Source: Chrysomallon squamiferum (taxonomy: Eukaryota > Animalia > Mollusca). From it: a stretch of DNA of 64,000 nt. Under the pieces are notes generated by a model that saw only the letters and a program-made list of their open reading frames with translations, was not told the origin of the DNA and made no database searches. Numbering within the stretch: position 1 is the stretch's first letter; every line of letters starts with the position of its first letter. Below are positions 12,901-26,130 of the stretch, in pieces. The position numbers and the translations under genes were made by a program. The DNA lies in assembly GCA_012295275.1 (NCBI GenBank), contig CM022665.1, positions 1-64,000 on the forward strand. The letters run 5' to 3'.

Positions 12901-15900
12901 TGCTAATAAACTTTTTTTCAAAAAAATCGGGTGGGGAAAAATCGGGCGCAAAAAAAAGTGGGGCAAGGGTTGCCCGACACGGGTCAAAAAAGCCGCACGC
13001 CCCACCAAGGGGAACAACTCGTTTCCGACACGTGCACAAAAACGCGCAAAAAAAATTTGCTCGATTTTTTTTCAAACGCATTTTCAAAGGTGCAGCAAAA
13101 CGCAAAAAATTTGGAAACGTTTTTTTCACCTCGCCCCGACGGCGCGCAAACAAACGTCGAAATATTTTTTTGGACCAAACGGAACAGTGCCGTTTTTGAA
13201 AATCGAAATTTTTTCCCGAAAAATTTTTTTTTTCCGACCAAACGGAAAATTTTTTTTTCCGACCAAACGGAACAATTTTTCAAAAAAAAATTTTCAAAAA
13301 AATTTTTTGAAAATGTTTCTTTTTTTTTTTTTGGGAAAAAAAATGCAAAAATTCCAAAAAAAATGGGGCAAAAATTGGCCGGGGGGAAAAAAAAAAAAAA
13401 GCCCGCACGCCCCGGGGGGGGTGCCGCACGCCCGACACGTGCCAAAAAAACCCGACACACAACTCGTTTTTTCACGTGCACAAAAACGCACATTGCTCGT
13501 TTTTGAAAATTTGCTCGATTTTTTTCAAACGCATTTTCAAAAGGTGCAGCACCTTTGGTAAATGTTGGAAACGTTTTTGCCACACTCGCCCCGACGGCGC
13601 GCACGTTTTGCACACGTCGAAATATTTTTCCCGACCAAACGGAACAGTGCCACACGGATTTTCAACTTTTGAAAATCGAATTTTTTCATTTCGTTGAAAA
13701 TGCTAAAACCTTTTTTTTTTCAAGTTTCGTTGAAAATGCTAGGTGCAAAGTGCAATTTTTTTTTTCCGAGCACGGAAAAAATCGGGCGCAAAATACCCAA
13801 AAAAAAAAAGTGGGGTTGCCCGACACGGGTCAAAAGTGCCGCACCCCCCCCCAAAGGAACAACTCGTTTCCGACACGTGCACAAAAAACGCACATGTTTT
13901 TGAAAATTTTTTCGATTTTTTTTTTTCAACGCATTTTTTTTCAAACGGTTTCAAAGGTGCAGCACCTTTGTAAATGTTGGAAACGTTTTTTTTGTTGGAA
14001 CTCGCCCCGACGGCGCGCGCACACGTTTTGCACACGTCGAAATATTTTTCCCGACCAAACGGAACAGTGCCACACGGATTTTCAACTTTTGAAAATCGAA
14101 TTTTTTCAAGTTTCTTTGAAAATGCTAGGGGTTTTTTTCAAAGTGCAATAACTTTTTCCGAGCACGTGGGAAAAATCGGGCGCACATAAAAAAAAATGGG
14201 GCAAAAATTGCCCGACACGGGTCAAAAAAAAAACGCCCCCCCAAAGGGAACAACTCGTTTCCGACACGTGCACAAAAAACGCACAAAACGCACCAAAATT
14301 TGCTCGATTTTTTTTTTCAAACGCATTTTCAAAGGTTTTCAACCATTTGCAAATGTTTGGAAACGTTTTTTTTTTTTTCACGCCCCGACGGCGCGCGCGC
14401 CTTTTTTTTGCGTCGAAATATTTTTTTTTTCAAACGGAAAAATATTTTTTCCCGCCCGACGGAAACGTCAAAATATTTTTCCGAAAACGGAACATTTTCA
14501 AAATTTTCGTTTCGTTGAAATTTTTTTTTTCCTTTTTTGAAAATGCAAATGCTTTTTCCCTTTTCAAAGTGCAATAACTTTTCCGAGCACGTGGGGAAAA
14601 ATCGGGCGCACATACCAAAAAAAATGGGGCAAAGGGTTGCCCGACACGGGTCAAAAAAGTGCCGCACCCCCCCAAAAGGAAACTCGTTTCGTTTCGTGCA
14701 CAAAAACGCAAAAAAAAAAACGCACGAATTTTTTTGAAAATTTTTTTTTTTTTTTTTTTTTCAAACGGTTTTCAAAGGTGCAAAAAATGTTGAAAACGTT
14801 TTTTTGCACTTTTTTTTTTTTTGCACCGTTTTTTTCGAAATATTTTTTTTTAACGGAACATTTTCACGGATTTTTTCAACTTTTTTCAAATCAGAAAACA
14901 CGGATTTCGTTGAAAATGCTTTTCAAATTTTGAAAATTTTCATTTTCATAATTCAAAATTTTTTTGCGTTTTTCGGGCGCAAAATTTTCTTTTCGGGCAA
15001 AAAAGGGGGGCGGACACCCAAACAAAAAAGTGGGCAAAGGGTTGCCCAAAAAAACAACAACTCGTTTCCGACACGTGCACAAAAAAACTCGTTTTTCCGA
15101 CACGTGCACAAAAACGCATGTTTTTTTTGAAAATTTGCTCGATTTTTTTTTTCAAACGCATTTTCAAAGGTGCAGCACCTTTGGTAAATGTTGGAAACGT
15201 TTTTGCCACCTCGCCCCGACGGCGCGCGCGTTTTTGCACGTCGAAATATTTTTTTTCAAACGGAACAAATGCCACACGGATTTTTCAACTTTTTTTTCAA
15301 TTTTTTTGTTTCGTTGAAAATTTTTTTGGGAAAAAAGTGCAATAACTTTTTTTTTTTTCAGCAAAAAAAATTTTCCGAAAAATCGGGCGCAAAAGCAAAA
15401 AAAAAAAAAAAAAAAAAACGTTGCCCGAAACGGGTCAAAAGTGGGGCAAAGGGTTGCCGACACGGGTCAAAAGTGCCACGCCCACCAGGGGAACAACTCG
15501 TTTCCGACACGTGCACAAAAACGCACATGTTTTTTTGAAAATTTGCTCGATTTTTTTTTTTTTTTTTTTTTCAAAGGTTTCAGCACCTTTGGTAAAATGT
15601 TGGAAAATGTTTTTGCCACCTTTGCCCCCGACGGCGCGCACGCGCGCGCACACGTCGAAATATTTTTTTTTTTCCGACCAAACGGAACAGTGCCACACGA
15701 TTTTTCAACTTTTGAAAATCGAATTTTTTTTTCGTTGAAAATGCTAAAATTTTTTTTTCAAAGTGCAATAACTTTTTCCGAGCACGTGGGAAAAATCGGG
15801 CGCACATCCAAAAAAAAAAAAAGGCAAAGGGTTGCCCCCAAAGGTCAAAAGCACCGGCCCAAAAAGGGGCAACTCGTTTCCGACACGTGCAAAAAAACGC

Positions 15901-15991
15901 ACATGTTTTTTGAAAATTTGCTTTTTTTTTTTTTTTTTTTTTTTTTTTTGCAACATTTTTTTGAAAATTTTGCTTTTTTTTTTTTTTTTTC

Positions 15992-16035
<44 letters not shown>

Positions 16036-19000
16036 CATTTTTTTTTTTCCGACCAAACGGAACAAATTTTTCGCGGATTTTTTTTTTTTTTTTTCACGTC
16101 GAAATATTTTTCCCGACCAAACGGAACAAAGTTTTTTTTCAACTTTTGAAAATCAGATTTTTCAAGTTTCGTTGAAAAAAAATGCTAGGGGTACCTTTTC
16201 AAAGTGCAATAACTTTTTTTTCGAGCACGTGGGAAAAATCGGGCGCACATAAAAAAATGGGGCAAAGGTTGCCCGACACGGGTCAAAAGTGCCGCACGCC
16301 CCCCCCAAACACTCGTTTCCGACACGTGCACAAAAACGCACATGTTTTTTTGAAATTTGCTCGATTTTTTTTTTTCAAACGCATTTTTTTTCAAAGCACC
16401 TTTGGTAAAATGTTGGAAACGTTTTTGCCACCTCGCCCCGACGGCGCGCACGTTTTTTGCACGTCGTCGCGAATTTTTTTTTTTTTTTTCGATTTTTTTT
16501 TTTTTCAACTTTTTTTGAATCAGATTTTTTTTTTTCAAATTTTTGAAAATTTTTTGAAAAATTTTACCTTTTTTTTTCAGTTTAACTTTTTTCCGAGCAA
16601 TAACTTTTTCCAATCGGGCGCAAAAAAAAAAAAAAATCGGGCGCATGCCAAAAGTTGGGTTGCCCGACACGGGTCAAACACGGGCAAAAAGTGCCGCACC
16701 CACCAAGGGGAACAACTCGTTTCCGACACGTGCACAAAAAAACACATTTTTTTTTTTTTGCTCGATTTTTTTTTTTTGCTTTTCAAAGGTTTTTTTTGGT
16801 AAATGTTGGAAACGTTTTTTTTGCACTCGCCCCGACGGCGCGCACGTTTTTTGCACGTCGAAATATTTTTTTTGACCAAACGGAACAGTGCCACACGGAT
16901 TTTCAACTTTTGAAAATCAGATTTTTTTTTTCGTTTTTCAATGCTTTTTTTTTTTTTTTTTTTCAAAGTGCAATTCAAATTTTTTTTTTTCGAGCACGTT
17001 TTTTTCGTTTTTTCGGGCGCAAATTTCCAAAAAAATGGGGCAAGGGTTGCCCAACACGGGTCAAAAATCAAAAAGTGGCCGGTTGCCCCCCAAAAAAAAA
17101 CAAAAAGGGCCAAAGTTTCCGACCCACGGGAACAAAAAACACGTGCAAAAAAAAAAACGCAAATTTGCTTTTTTTTTTTTTCGCATTTTTCAAACTCATT
17201 TTTTTTTCAAACATTTTCAAAGTGCAAAAATGTTGGTAAATGTTGGAAACGTTTGCCGCCCCGACGGCGCGCGGCGCGCGCGTTTTGCGTTTCGAAATAT
17301 TTTTTTTTCGACCAAACGGAACAGTGCCACACGGATTTTCAACTTTTGAAAATCAGATTTTTTTCAAGTTTCGTTGAAAATGCTAGGGGTTTTTTTTTTC
17401 AAATGCAATAACTTTTTTTCGAGCACGTGGGAAAAATCGGGCGCAATACCAAAAAAATAACTTTTCGGCAAAAAAAAAATCGGGCGCAAATGTTGAAACA
17501 CGGGTCAAAAGTGCCGCACGCCCGCCCCCCCAACAACTCGTTTCCGACACGTGCAAAAAAAACACATTTTTTTGAAAATTTGCTCGATTTTTTTTTTTTT
17601 TTGCATTTTTTTCAAAACGCATTTTCAAAGCACCTTTGGTAAAAATGTTGGAAACGTTTTTTTAAACCTTTTGACCCGCGCGCGCGTTTTTTTTTTTTTC
17701 GAAATATTTTTTTTTTCAAACGGAACAAAAATATTTTTCGGATTTTCAACAGTTTTTTTTTTTTTCAACTTTTTTTCAAGTTTTTCAAGTTTCGTTTCGT
17801 TGAAAATGCTTAGGGGGGTTTTTTTCAAGTGCAATAACTTTTTTCCGAGCACGTGGGAAAAATCGGGCGCACATACCAAAAAAAAAAAAAAAAGGGTTGC
17901 CCGACACGGGTCAAAAGTGCCGCACGCCCCCCCAAGGGGAACAACTCGTTTCCGACGTGCACAAAAAACGCAATGTTTTTTTGAATTTTCGTTTTTTTTT
18001 TTTTTTTTTTTTTTTTTTTCAAAGCAGCACCTTTGGTTTTTTGTTGGAAACGTTTTTTTTTTTTTGCCGCCCGCGCGCGCGTTTTTGCACGTCGAAATAT
18101 TTTTCCCGACCAAACGGAACAGTGCCACACGGATTTTCAACTTTTGAAAATCAATTTTTTTTTCAAGTTTTTTTGAAAAAATTTTAAAAAACCTTTTTTT
18201 TTTCAAATGCAATAACTTTTTTTTTTTCGAGCACGTTTTCAAAAAAAATCGGGCGCCTTTTTTCAAAGTGCAATAAAAAAAAAAAAATCGGCGCACATTG
18301 CACAAGGGTTGCCGAAACGGGTCAAAGTGCCGCACGCCCCCCAAAGGGAACAACTCGTTTCCGACACGTGCACAAAAAAAACAATGTTTTTTTTTTTGCT
18401 CGATTTTTTTTTTTTTTTTTTCATTTTCAAAGGTTCAGCACCTTTTTGGTAAATGTTGGAAACGTTTTTTTTTTTCTCGCCCCGACGGCGCGCACGTTTT
18501 GCAAACGTCGAAATATTTTTCCCGACCAAACGGAACAGTGCCACACGGATTTTCAACTTTTGAAAATCGAATTTTTATCCGACCAAACGGAACAAATGCT
18601 AGGGTTTTTTTTTTTTTTGCAATAACTTTTTTTCGAACGTTTTTCGGGCGCAATTTTTTCGTTTTCAAAGCAAAAAAATTGCCCGACACGGGTCAAAAAT
18701 GCCGCAAATTTTCAAAAAAAAAAAAAATCCGACACAAAGTGCACAAAAAAAAAAAACCCCGCATTTGCTCGATTTTTTTTTTCAAACGCATTTTTTTGCA
18801 AAGTTTTTTTTTTTCAACTCGTTTCCGACACGTGCACAAAAACGGTTGCTCGATTTTTTTTTCAAACGCATTTTCAAAAGGTGCAGCACCTTTGGTAAAT
18901 GTTGGAAACGTTTTTGCCACACTCGCCCCGACGGCGCGCACGCGCACACGTCGAAATATTTTTCCCGACCAAACGGAACAGTGCCACACGGATTTTCAAC

Positions 19001-21770
19001 TTTTGAAAATCGAATTTTTTCAAGTTTCGTTGAAAATGCTAAAAAATTTACCTTTTTTTTTTTGCAATAACTTTTTCCGAGCACGTGGGAAAAATCGGGC
19101 GCACATACCAAAAGTGGGGCAAAGGGTTGCCCGACACGGGTCAAAAGTGCCGCACGCCCCACCAAAAGTGCCGCACGCCCCAAAGGGGAACAACTCGTTT
19201 CCGACACGTGCACAAAAAAAACATGTTTTTTTTGAAATTTTGCTCGATTTTTTTTTTTTTTCATTTTCAAAGGTGCAGCACCTTTGGTAAATGTTGGAAA
19301 CGTTTTTGCCACACTCGCCCCGACGGCGCGCACGTTTTGCACACGTCGAAATATTTTTCCCGACCAAACGGAACAGTGCCACACGGATTTTCAACTTTTG
19401 AAAATCGAATTTTTTCAAGTTTCGTTGAAAATGCTAGGGGTACCTTTTTCAAAGTGCAATAACTTTTTCCGAGCACGTGGGAAAAATCGGGCGCACATAC
19501 CAAAAAAAAAAGCAAAAAAAGCCCGACACGGGTCAAAAGTGCCGCACGCCCCAAAAGGGGACAACTCGTTTCCGACACGTGCACAAAAAAACGCACATGT
19601 TTTTTTTGAAAAAAACGATTTTTTTTTTTTTTTTTTTCAAAGGTGCAGCACCTTTTTTTAAAAAATGTTGGAAACGTTTTTTTTCACTCGCCCCGACGGC
19701 GCGCACGTTTTTTTTTTTCGAAAATATTTTTCCCGACCAAACGGAACAGTGCCACACGGATTTTCAACTTTTGAAAATCGAATTTTTTTTTTTTTTCGTT
19801 GAAAATGCTTTTCGGGTTTTTTTCAAAGTGCAAAATAACTTTTTTTTTTTTCAAAGAAAAATCGGGCGCACATTGAAAATTTCAAAAAGGGGGCAAAAGC
19901 ACGTGGAAGGGTCAAAAGTGCCGCACGCCCCACCAAAGGGGAACAACTCGTTTCCGACACGTGCACAAAAAAAACATGTTTTTGAAAATTTTGCTCGATT
20001 TTTTTTTTTCAAACGCATTTTCAAAGGTGCAGCACCTTTGGTAAAAATGTTGGAAACGTTTTTTTTGCCACTCGCCCCCCGGCGCGCACGTTTTGCACAC
20101 GTCGAAATATTTTTCCCGACCAAACGGAACAGTGCCACACGGATTTTCAACTTTTGAAAATCGAATTTTTTCAAGTTTCGTTGAAAATGCTAGGGGTACC
20201 TTTTTCAAAGTGCAATAACTTTTTCCGAGCACGTGGGAAAAATCGGGCGCACATAAATTTCCCAAAAAAAAAAAAAAGGGTTGCCCGACACGGGTCAAAA
20301 GTGGGGCAAAGGTTGCCCCACGGGTCAAAAGCCGCAACAACTCGTTTCAACTCGTTTCCGACACAAAAAAAAAAACACATTTTTTTTGAATTTGCTCGAT
20401 TTTTTTTTATACGCATTTTCAAAAGGTGCAGCACCTTTGGTAAATGTTGGAAACGTTTTTGCCACACTCGCCCCGACGGCGCGCACGTTTTGCACACGTC
20501 GAAATATTTTTCCCGACCAAACGGAACAGTGCCACACGGATTTTCAACTTTTGAAAATCGAATTTTTTCAAGTTTCGTTGAAAATGCTAGGGGTACCTTT
20601 TTCAAAGAGCAATAACTTTTTCCGAGCACGTGGGAAAAATCGGGCGCACATACCAAAAAAAAAGCAAAGGGTTGCCCGACACGGGTCAAAAAACACACGT
20701 GCCGCACGCCCCCCCCCCAAAGGGGAACAACTCGTTTCCGACACGTGCAAAAAAAAACATGTTTTTTTGAAAATTTGCTCGATTTTTTTTTTTTTTTTTT
20801 TTCAAAAGGTGCAGCACCTTTGGTAAATGTTGGAAACGTTTTTGCCACACTCGCCCCGACGGCGCGCACGTTTTGCACACGTCGAAATATTTTTCCCGAC
20901 CAAACGGAACAGTGCCACACGGATTTTCAACTTTTGAAAATCGAATTTTTTCAAGTTTCGTTGAAAATGCTAGGGGTACCTTTTTCAAAGTGCAATAACT
21001 TTTTCCGAGCACGTGGGAAAAATCGGGCGCACATACCAAAAAAAAAACAAAGGTTGCCCCGACACGGGTCAAAAGTGCCGCCGCCCCCGCCCAAGGAACA
21101 ACTCGTTTCCGACACGTGCACAAAAAAACGCATGTTTTTTTTTTGAATTTGCTCGATTTTTTTTTTTTTTTTCATTTTTCAAAAACGTGCAGCACCTTTG
21201 GTAAAATGTTGGAAACGTTTTTGCCACACTCGCCCCGACGGCGCGCACGTTTTTTTGCACGTCGAAATATTTTTCCCGACCAAACGGAAACGGAGTGCCA
21301 CACGGATTTTCAACTTTTGAAAATCAGAATTTCAAGTTTCGTTGAAAATGCTTTCGTTGAAAATGCTAGGGTACCTTTTTCAAAGTGCAATAACTTTTTC
21401 CGAGCACGTGGGAAAAATCGGGCGCACATACCCAAAAGTGGGGAAAGGGTTGCCCGACACGGGTCAAAAGTGCCGCACGCCCCACCCAAGGGGAACAACT
21501 CGTTTCCGACACGTGCACAAAAAACGCACATGTTTTTTTGAAATTTGCTCGATTTTTTTTCAAACGCATTTTCAAAAGGTGCAGCACCTTTGGTAAATGT
21601 TGGAAACGTTTTTTTTTTTTCGCCCCGACGGCGCGCACGTTTTTTTGCACGTCGAAATATTTTCCCGACCAAACGGAACAGTGCCACACGGATTTTCAAC
21701 TTTTGAAAATCAGATTTTTCAAGTTTCGTTGAAAATGCTAGGGGTACCTTTTTTCAAAGTGCAATAACTT
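1..21770. repeat. Tandem satellite DNA array, monomer ~365-380 bp, roughly 55-60 head-to-tail copies
   Basis: Anchor GGTGCAGCACCTTTGGTAAATGTTGGAAACG recurs at 23, 391, 767, 1140, 1521, 1897 ... 21578. Every unit has the same motif order (CCGACGGCGCGC, CCGACCAAACGGAACAGTGCCACACGGATTTTCAAC, GTTTCGTTGAAAATGCTAGGG, GAGCACGTGGGAAAAATCGGGCGCAC, CCGACACGGGTCAAAAGTGCCGC, AACTCGTTTCCGACACGTGCAC). Units differ mainly in A/T run length. The array is cut by the window start and by the gap. Confidence 0.97.
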
Positions 21771-21970
21771 NNNNNNNNNNNNNNNNNNNNNNNNNNNNNN
21801 NNNNNNNNNNNNNNNNNNNNNNNNNNNNNNNNNNNNNNNNNNNNNNNNNNNNNNNNNNNNNNNNNNNNNNNNNNNNNNNNNNNNNNNNNNNNNNNNNNNN
21901 NNNNNNNNNNNNNNNNNNNNNNNNNNNNNNNNNNNNNNNNNNNNNNNNNNNNNNNNNNNNNNNNNNNNNN
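21771..21970. other. Assembly gap (200 N)
   Basis: Exactly 200 N between the satellite and the unique AT-rich sequence; the round size suggests a scaffolding gap of unknown true length. Confidence 0.99.
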
Positions 21971-22731
21971 TTAATTTAAATAAAATATGAGCATTTTTTT
22001 GTAGAATAAAATATAATTTATTTAGAAAGATACATATAAACAAAACCATTAAAAATAATTAATTAAATAAAATTTTAATTTTAAAAAAATTATCAAATGC
22101 TTTCTACACTGTTAACTTAAATCTTGTTAAGGCATAATACAGGTTTCAGTTTCACAAAAGAAAAGAGTAACACGGAAATATTTCCTGGTATCAAAATAAA
22201 TCGGACAGTTTTTAAATGTTTGTCTGAACACTCACTCTATACACGATAGTGAAGAAGGGTGATAATGAGATACTTCAGTATTTGCGACCTTTTGGTTGTC
22301 GTTTATAATAAATACAAAAACGGTTGTTTTTCTCTGTTATCTGAATATAATGAAATATGTTAATGCATATTTCAAACACTGGTCATGTTATTAAACTCTT
22401 TTCACTAAACTAAATCCCAGGTCAACCTGCGTATTACATAACTGTTTGAATCGAGTAAAATCGACGAGAAAAACTTCGTTATTAGCTGTGAAAATGTACA
22501 CCGTGTAAACAAGGAAGTAATGTTGAAATCAGAAATAAATGTATATTTACAGACCTAAGTTACTAGATATAGAAAACTGTTACGTGACTACGACATCACT
22601 GTATTAACTACAAGTCCAAACCAACGTTGACACGCACTGCGCATGTCCTTGTCTAACAGGAATGTGTTAGTTTATCAATACAGTTCTGATTAATAATGTC
22701 TGAGATCCTTTCGTCTTTTGTGAACAATACA

Positions 22732-22743
22732 AGTTTCGGTTTC
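22732..22743 (+). promoter_or_regulatory. ISRE/IRF-binding consensus AGTTTCGGTTTC at the module head
   Basis: Matches the AGTTTCNNTTTC ISRE consensus. Identical 12-mer at 27448 and 30057; variant (G/C)TTTCAGTTTCAC at about 22142, 24542 and 25280. Function is not demonstrated. Confidence 0.45.
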
Positions 22744-24957
22744 AGAAAAGAAAGAAATGACACGGAAATATTTTATAATGTTAGCAACATAAATCTAATA
22801 ATTTTAAATATTAATTTTAGCACTTAGTTTATAAACTCCTAACTATTAGCAAAACGATATTCAAATAGTCTAGGGACAGAAATGGTTCTTTGTTTGCGAC
22901 CGTCTGGTTGTTGTTTGTAACAAATACAAAAAAAAGGTAGTTTTCTCTACTATCTGAATATAATAAAATGTGTTAAAACGTAATTATTATTTCAAAGACT
23001 GATCATGTTATTAAACTCTTTAGCTAATTTCAAAGTCTACGTGTTTTTTACGTGAGTGTTTCAATCGAATAAAATCGACGAGAGAAATTTTCGTTATTTG
23101 CTGTGAAAACTTAACACAGTGTAAACAAGGAAGTAATGTTGAAATCACAAATGTATATTTACAGACATAAATTACCAAATATAGAAAACTGTTACTAAAA
23201 TGTTCATAAACTTCTAAAAATTCCAGATCAAATTATTTCTGTCAAGAACAGCTCAAGTTCATTGGTGAATTAAAAACTGACAACAAAATGTTTATGGATG
23301 GTCACTACGTCGTAACGATAGAAATAAACTTAGCAAACCATTGAACTGCTCATAATCTTAGCCACAAATCTTTTCATTTTTTATTTGTTTCTTTGTTTCC
23401 TTGCTTATATATTTCATTTCATTTATTTATTCATGTGTTTTATTTTATTTTATTTATTTACAGTTTGTTGAATAAAATGCATTTTTTTCTTATAGTAAAA
23501 GTAAACAAAATATTACTAGGTACATTGTTTACACGACAAACTTTCCCATATAATAACTTCCTATGCCTTATGCCTTAATAAGACCAACTAAGATTTGAAT
23601 AAACAATTTCTAAATATTGTTATTTTTATGTTAGTTCCATTTTATTACTTTAACTTACTCTTCATAAATCTAGAAATATTTTCTGATAGACAGATACAAA
23701 CATTTATAATATTTTCATGTACTCAGTAGACTAAAATAATAATATTAAAATATATTTCTTTCATTACAGTACAAATACACTAATATTTATTAATATTAGA
23801 GTATTCTATATTTTATTTTATTTGAATATTCTTATTATTAAACAGCGGTCAATTTGGAATCTTTGGATTTTCCTATATATTATACATAAAACCAACTCTG
23901 ACTGGAATAAAACTGATCTAAATGGTAGCACATAACAAAAACTGATTCTGTATAATATTCTGAGTCGACTTGCAAAACTGTAAACTTTTCACTTTGTGTC
24001 TAACAGTAACTTTTGTTATCGCCCTGTGAAAACTGGTGCAAAGTTTTACTGATACGCTCTCATAAATAAATAAATAAAAATTATTTCTAAATTATAAGAT
24101 ACCAGTAGAATTTCGACATATTCGTAGGTATATTTTCTTGTCTTTTCTTTTTGTTTGTTTGTTTGTTTATTAGTTTGTTTTTACATTTTATTCTTAGCTA
24201 ACTGATTTGTCTTGTATATTTTACTGTAAAATTCAGAAACAAGGAGTTTTCTGAAATCCCTATCATTTTCAGAGAATGTATGAAATCATTTTTCTTTCAC
24301 TTGGATATTTGGTAACTTCATTAAAATCAGTATAGTCCATGACCTAGGCATCTAAGTTTTGAGTTTGTGTAACAAACTGATGAAGATATCCTGTTTTTAT
24401 AAATAATAATAATAATAATAATAAACAAATAAATAAATAAGTAATAATAATAGTAGTAGTAGTAAAAATAAATTTAAAAATGTCCATTGACATTTTTAAC
24501 TGAAATGTCAGGAATAGTAGGTCTTCAATTCTAAAAACAGAGCTTTCAGTTTCACGAAGGAGAGAAAAAAAAAAAAACACTTTATAATGTTAGCAACATA
24601 AATCTAATAATTTTAAATATTTGTCTTAACACTTACTTACTCTGTACACGTCTAACAGTTATTGAGAACCATATTCAAGAAGTGGGAGCCACAAATCTTT
24701 GTGACCTTCTCGTTTTCGCTCGTAACGAATACAAAAGAAAATCATTTTTCTCTATTACATGAATATAGTAAAACAGGATAAAACGTAATCATTATTTAAA
24801 ATACTAGTTTTAATATTAAACCTTTCTTAAAACTAAATCCAAGGTCTATGCATGTTTCACATGAGTCAATGAATTTAATAAAATCGACGAGAAAAGCTTC
24901 ATTATTAGCTGTGAAAATGTTAACAATGTTAATCAAGTAGGTAAAGTCAAAAATTGC

Positions 24958-25002
<45 letters not shown>

Positions 25003-25009
25003 GTATACA

Positions 25010-25275
25010 AAAAAAGGCTGTGCAGTCATGTCGGGATTCTTATGAAGGCGTGCTTTTATTTTAAACTTCATGATCACAAATAACAGTTTTGACAGTGGTT
25101 CACAATACTGTCAAAACCTATCACAGATTCCTTTTGTGTCAGGATTAAAGTTTGATCAAAGTTTTGACCTGTACGTACTAACGGCGCACTGACACAGCTA
25201 TTATGTTGGCCCGCTTTTATCGGCGTGTTTTTGTAGGTGTGCCTTTTACTGCATTTTTAACCTTGTCACAAATAA
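25010..25275 (-). mobile_element. Short dispersed-repeat fragment with internal hairpin; inverted homologue at ~57545-57760 next to a MULE transposase remnant
   Basis: TTTTATTTTAAACTTCATGATCACAAATAACAGTTTTGACAGTGGTTCACAATACTGTCAAAACCTATCACAGATTCCTTTTGTG is close to the reverse complement of ~57652-57738. It contains the 11-bp inverted repeat GTTTTGACAGT-N10-ACTGTCAAAAC. Confidence 0.6.
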
Positions 25276-25402
25276 CAGAGGTTTCAGTTTCACAAAAGAA
25301 AAGAAGTACACGGAAATATTTTATAAAGTTAACAACGTAAAACTAATAATTTTAGACGTATTTGTGATTTTGTGTGTGTTTGTGATTTTGTGTGTGTTTG
25401 TG

Positions 25403-25474
<72 letters not shown>

Positions 25475-25837
25475 TGTCTGTGTGTTTTATAATAATAATA
25501 ATAATAATAATATGCATACTTTGCTTCACCTAACTTTTTTGAAACAAATGGTTTGTAGACTTTCATAAAAATAACTTGACTTTTTTTACATCGTTTTATG
25601 AATCTAACAATAACTGCAATAACATCAGCAACAATAACAGTAATAATAACAATAATAATAACAGTAATGACAACATCAATAATATAACAGTAACAACAAC
25701 ACAATAATAATAATAATAATAACGAAAACAATAGTAAAGAAAAATATAGCATAAGAAAAAAAAAAAGAAGACGAAGAAAAGAAAACTAACTAACGAGATA
25801 AATAAATCAAGTACAATGAAATAAATCTACAATATAC

Positions 25838-26130
25838 CTACAGTGGCACGTTCTGTGTTTCTTGTTGTTTCACTTAGAACGCAACTCCGTCCTTCAGATT
25901 TGTGAATCAAATGAAATAAGATTTTTGTAAATTTTAATTCTGTTGACACGAACTCATTTAAAATATCATTTTCTAGGACGTAAAATTCTTCAATATTTCT
26001 ATCTTCAGATTTTGTTGTGACATTCCGATATTGGGCTATGCGATGTGTCTAATGTTTTTTGTAAACCTATACTTTTCTAATAACATACCGTGACATCTTC
26101 TATTTTCATTAAGATCAGTATCTCTGTCAT
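25838..26130 (-). pseudogene. IAP gene fragment: pre-RING (possibly UBA-like) exon with its downstream intron; RING exon missing
   Basis: Minus strand reads DTDLNENRRCHGMLLEKYRFTKNIRHI/IAQYRNVTTKSEDRNIEEFYVLENDILNEFVSTELKFTKILFHLIHKSEGRSCVLSETTRNTERATV with one frameshift. It ends in the phase-1 donor G|GTATATTGTAG, the same donor as at 41005 in the BIR-RING locus. The following intron (25490-25830) resembles 41006-41660 and 34160-34250. Confidence 0.7.

Noticed and set aside
1-21770. Hundreds of overlapping F/K-rich ORFs up to 330 aa
   Set aside because: They are translations of the satellite in all six frames; frames change with homopolymer length and no protein domain is recognisable.
1-21770. 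CRISPR array, attC cassette array, or rDNA/5S/tRNA/snRNA tandem array
   Set aside because: The whole monomer repeats with no unique spacers, no cas or integrase genes are present, and I recognised no rRNA, tRNA cloverleaf or snRNA motif.
21738-22049. ORF spanning the gap
   Set aside because: Artefact of translating N bases.
24796-25752. ORFs with poly-Y, poly-I and HT repeats (also 32176-33058, 45606-46916, 49471-49821, 60639-60967)
   Set aside because: Translations of (TAA)n, (CA)n, (GA)n and (TACA)n microsatellites.
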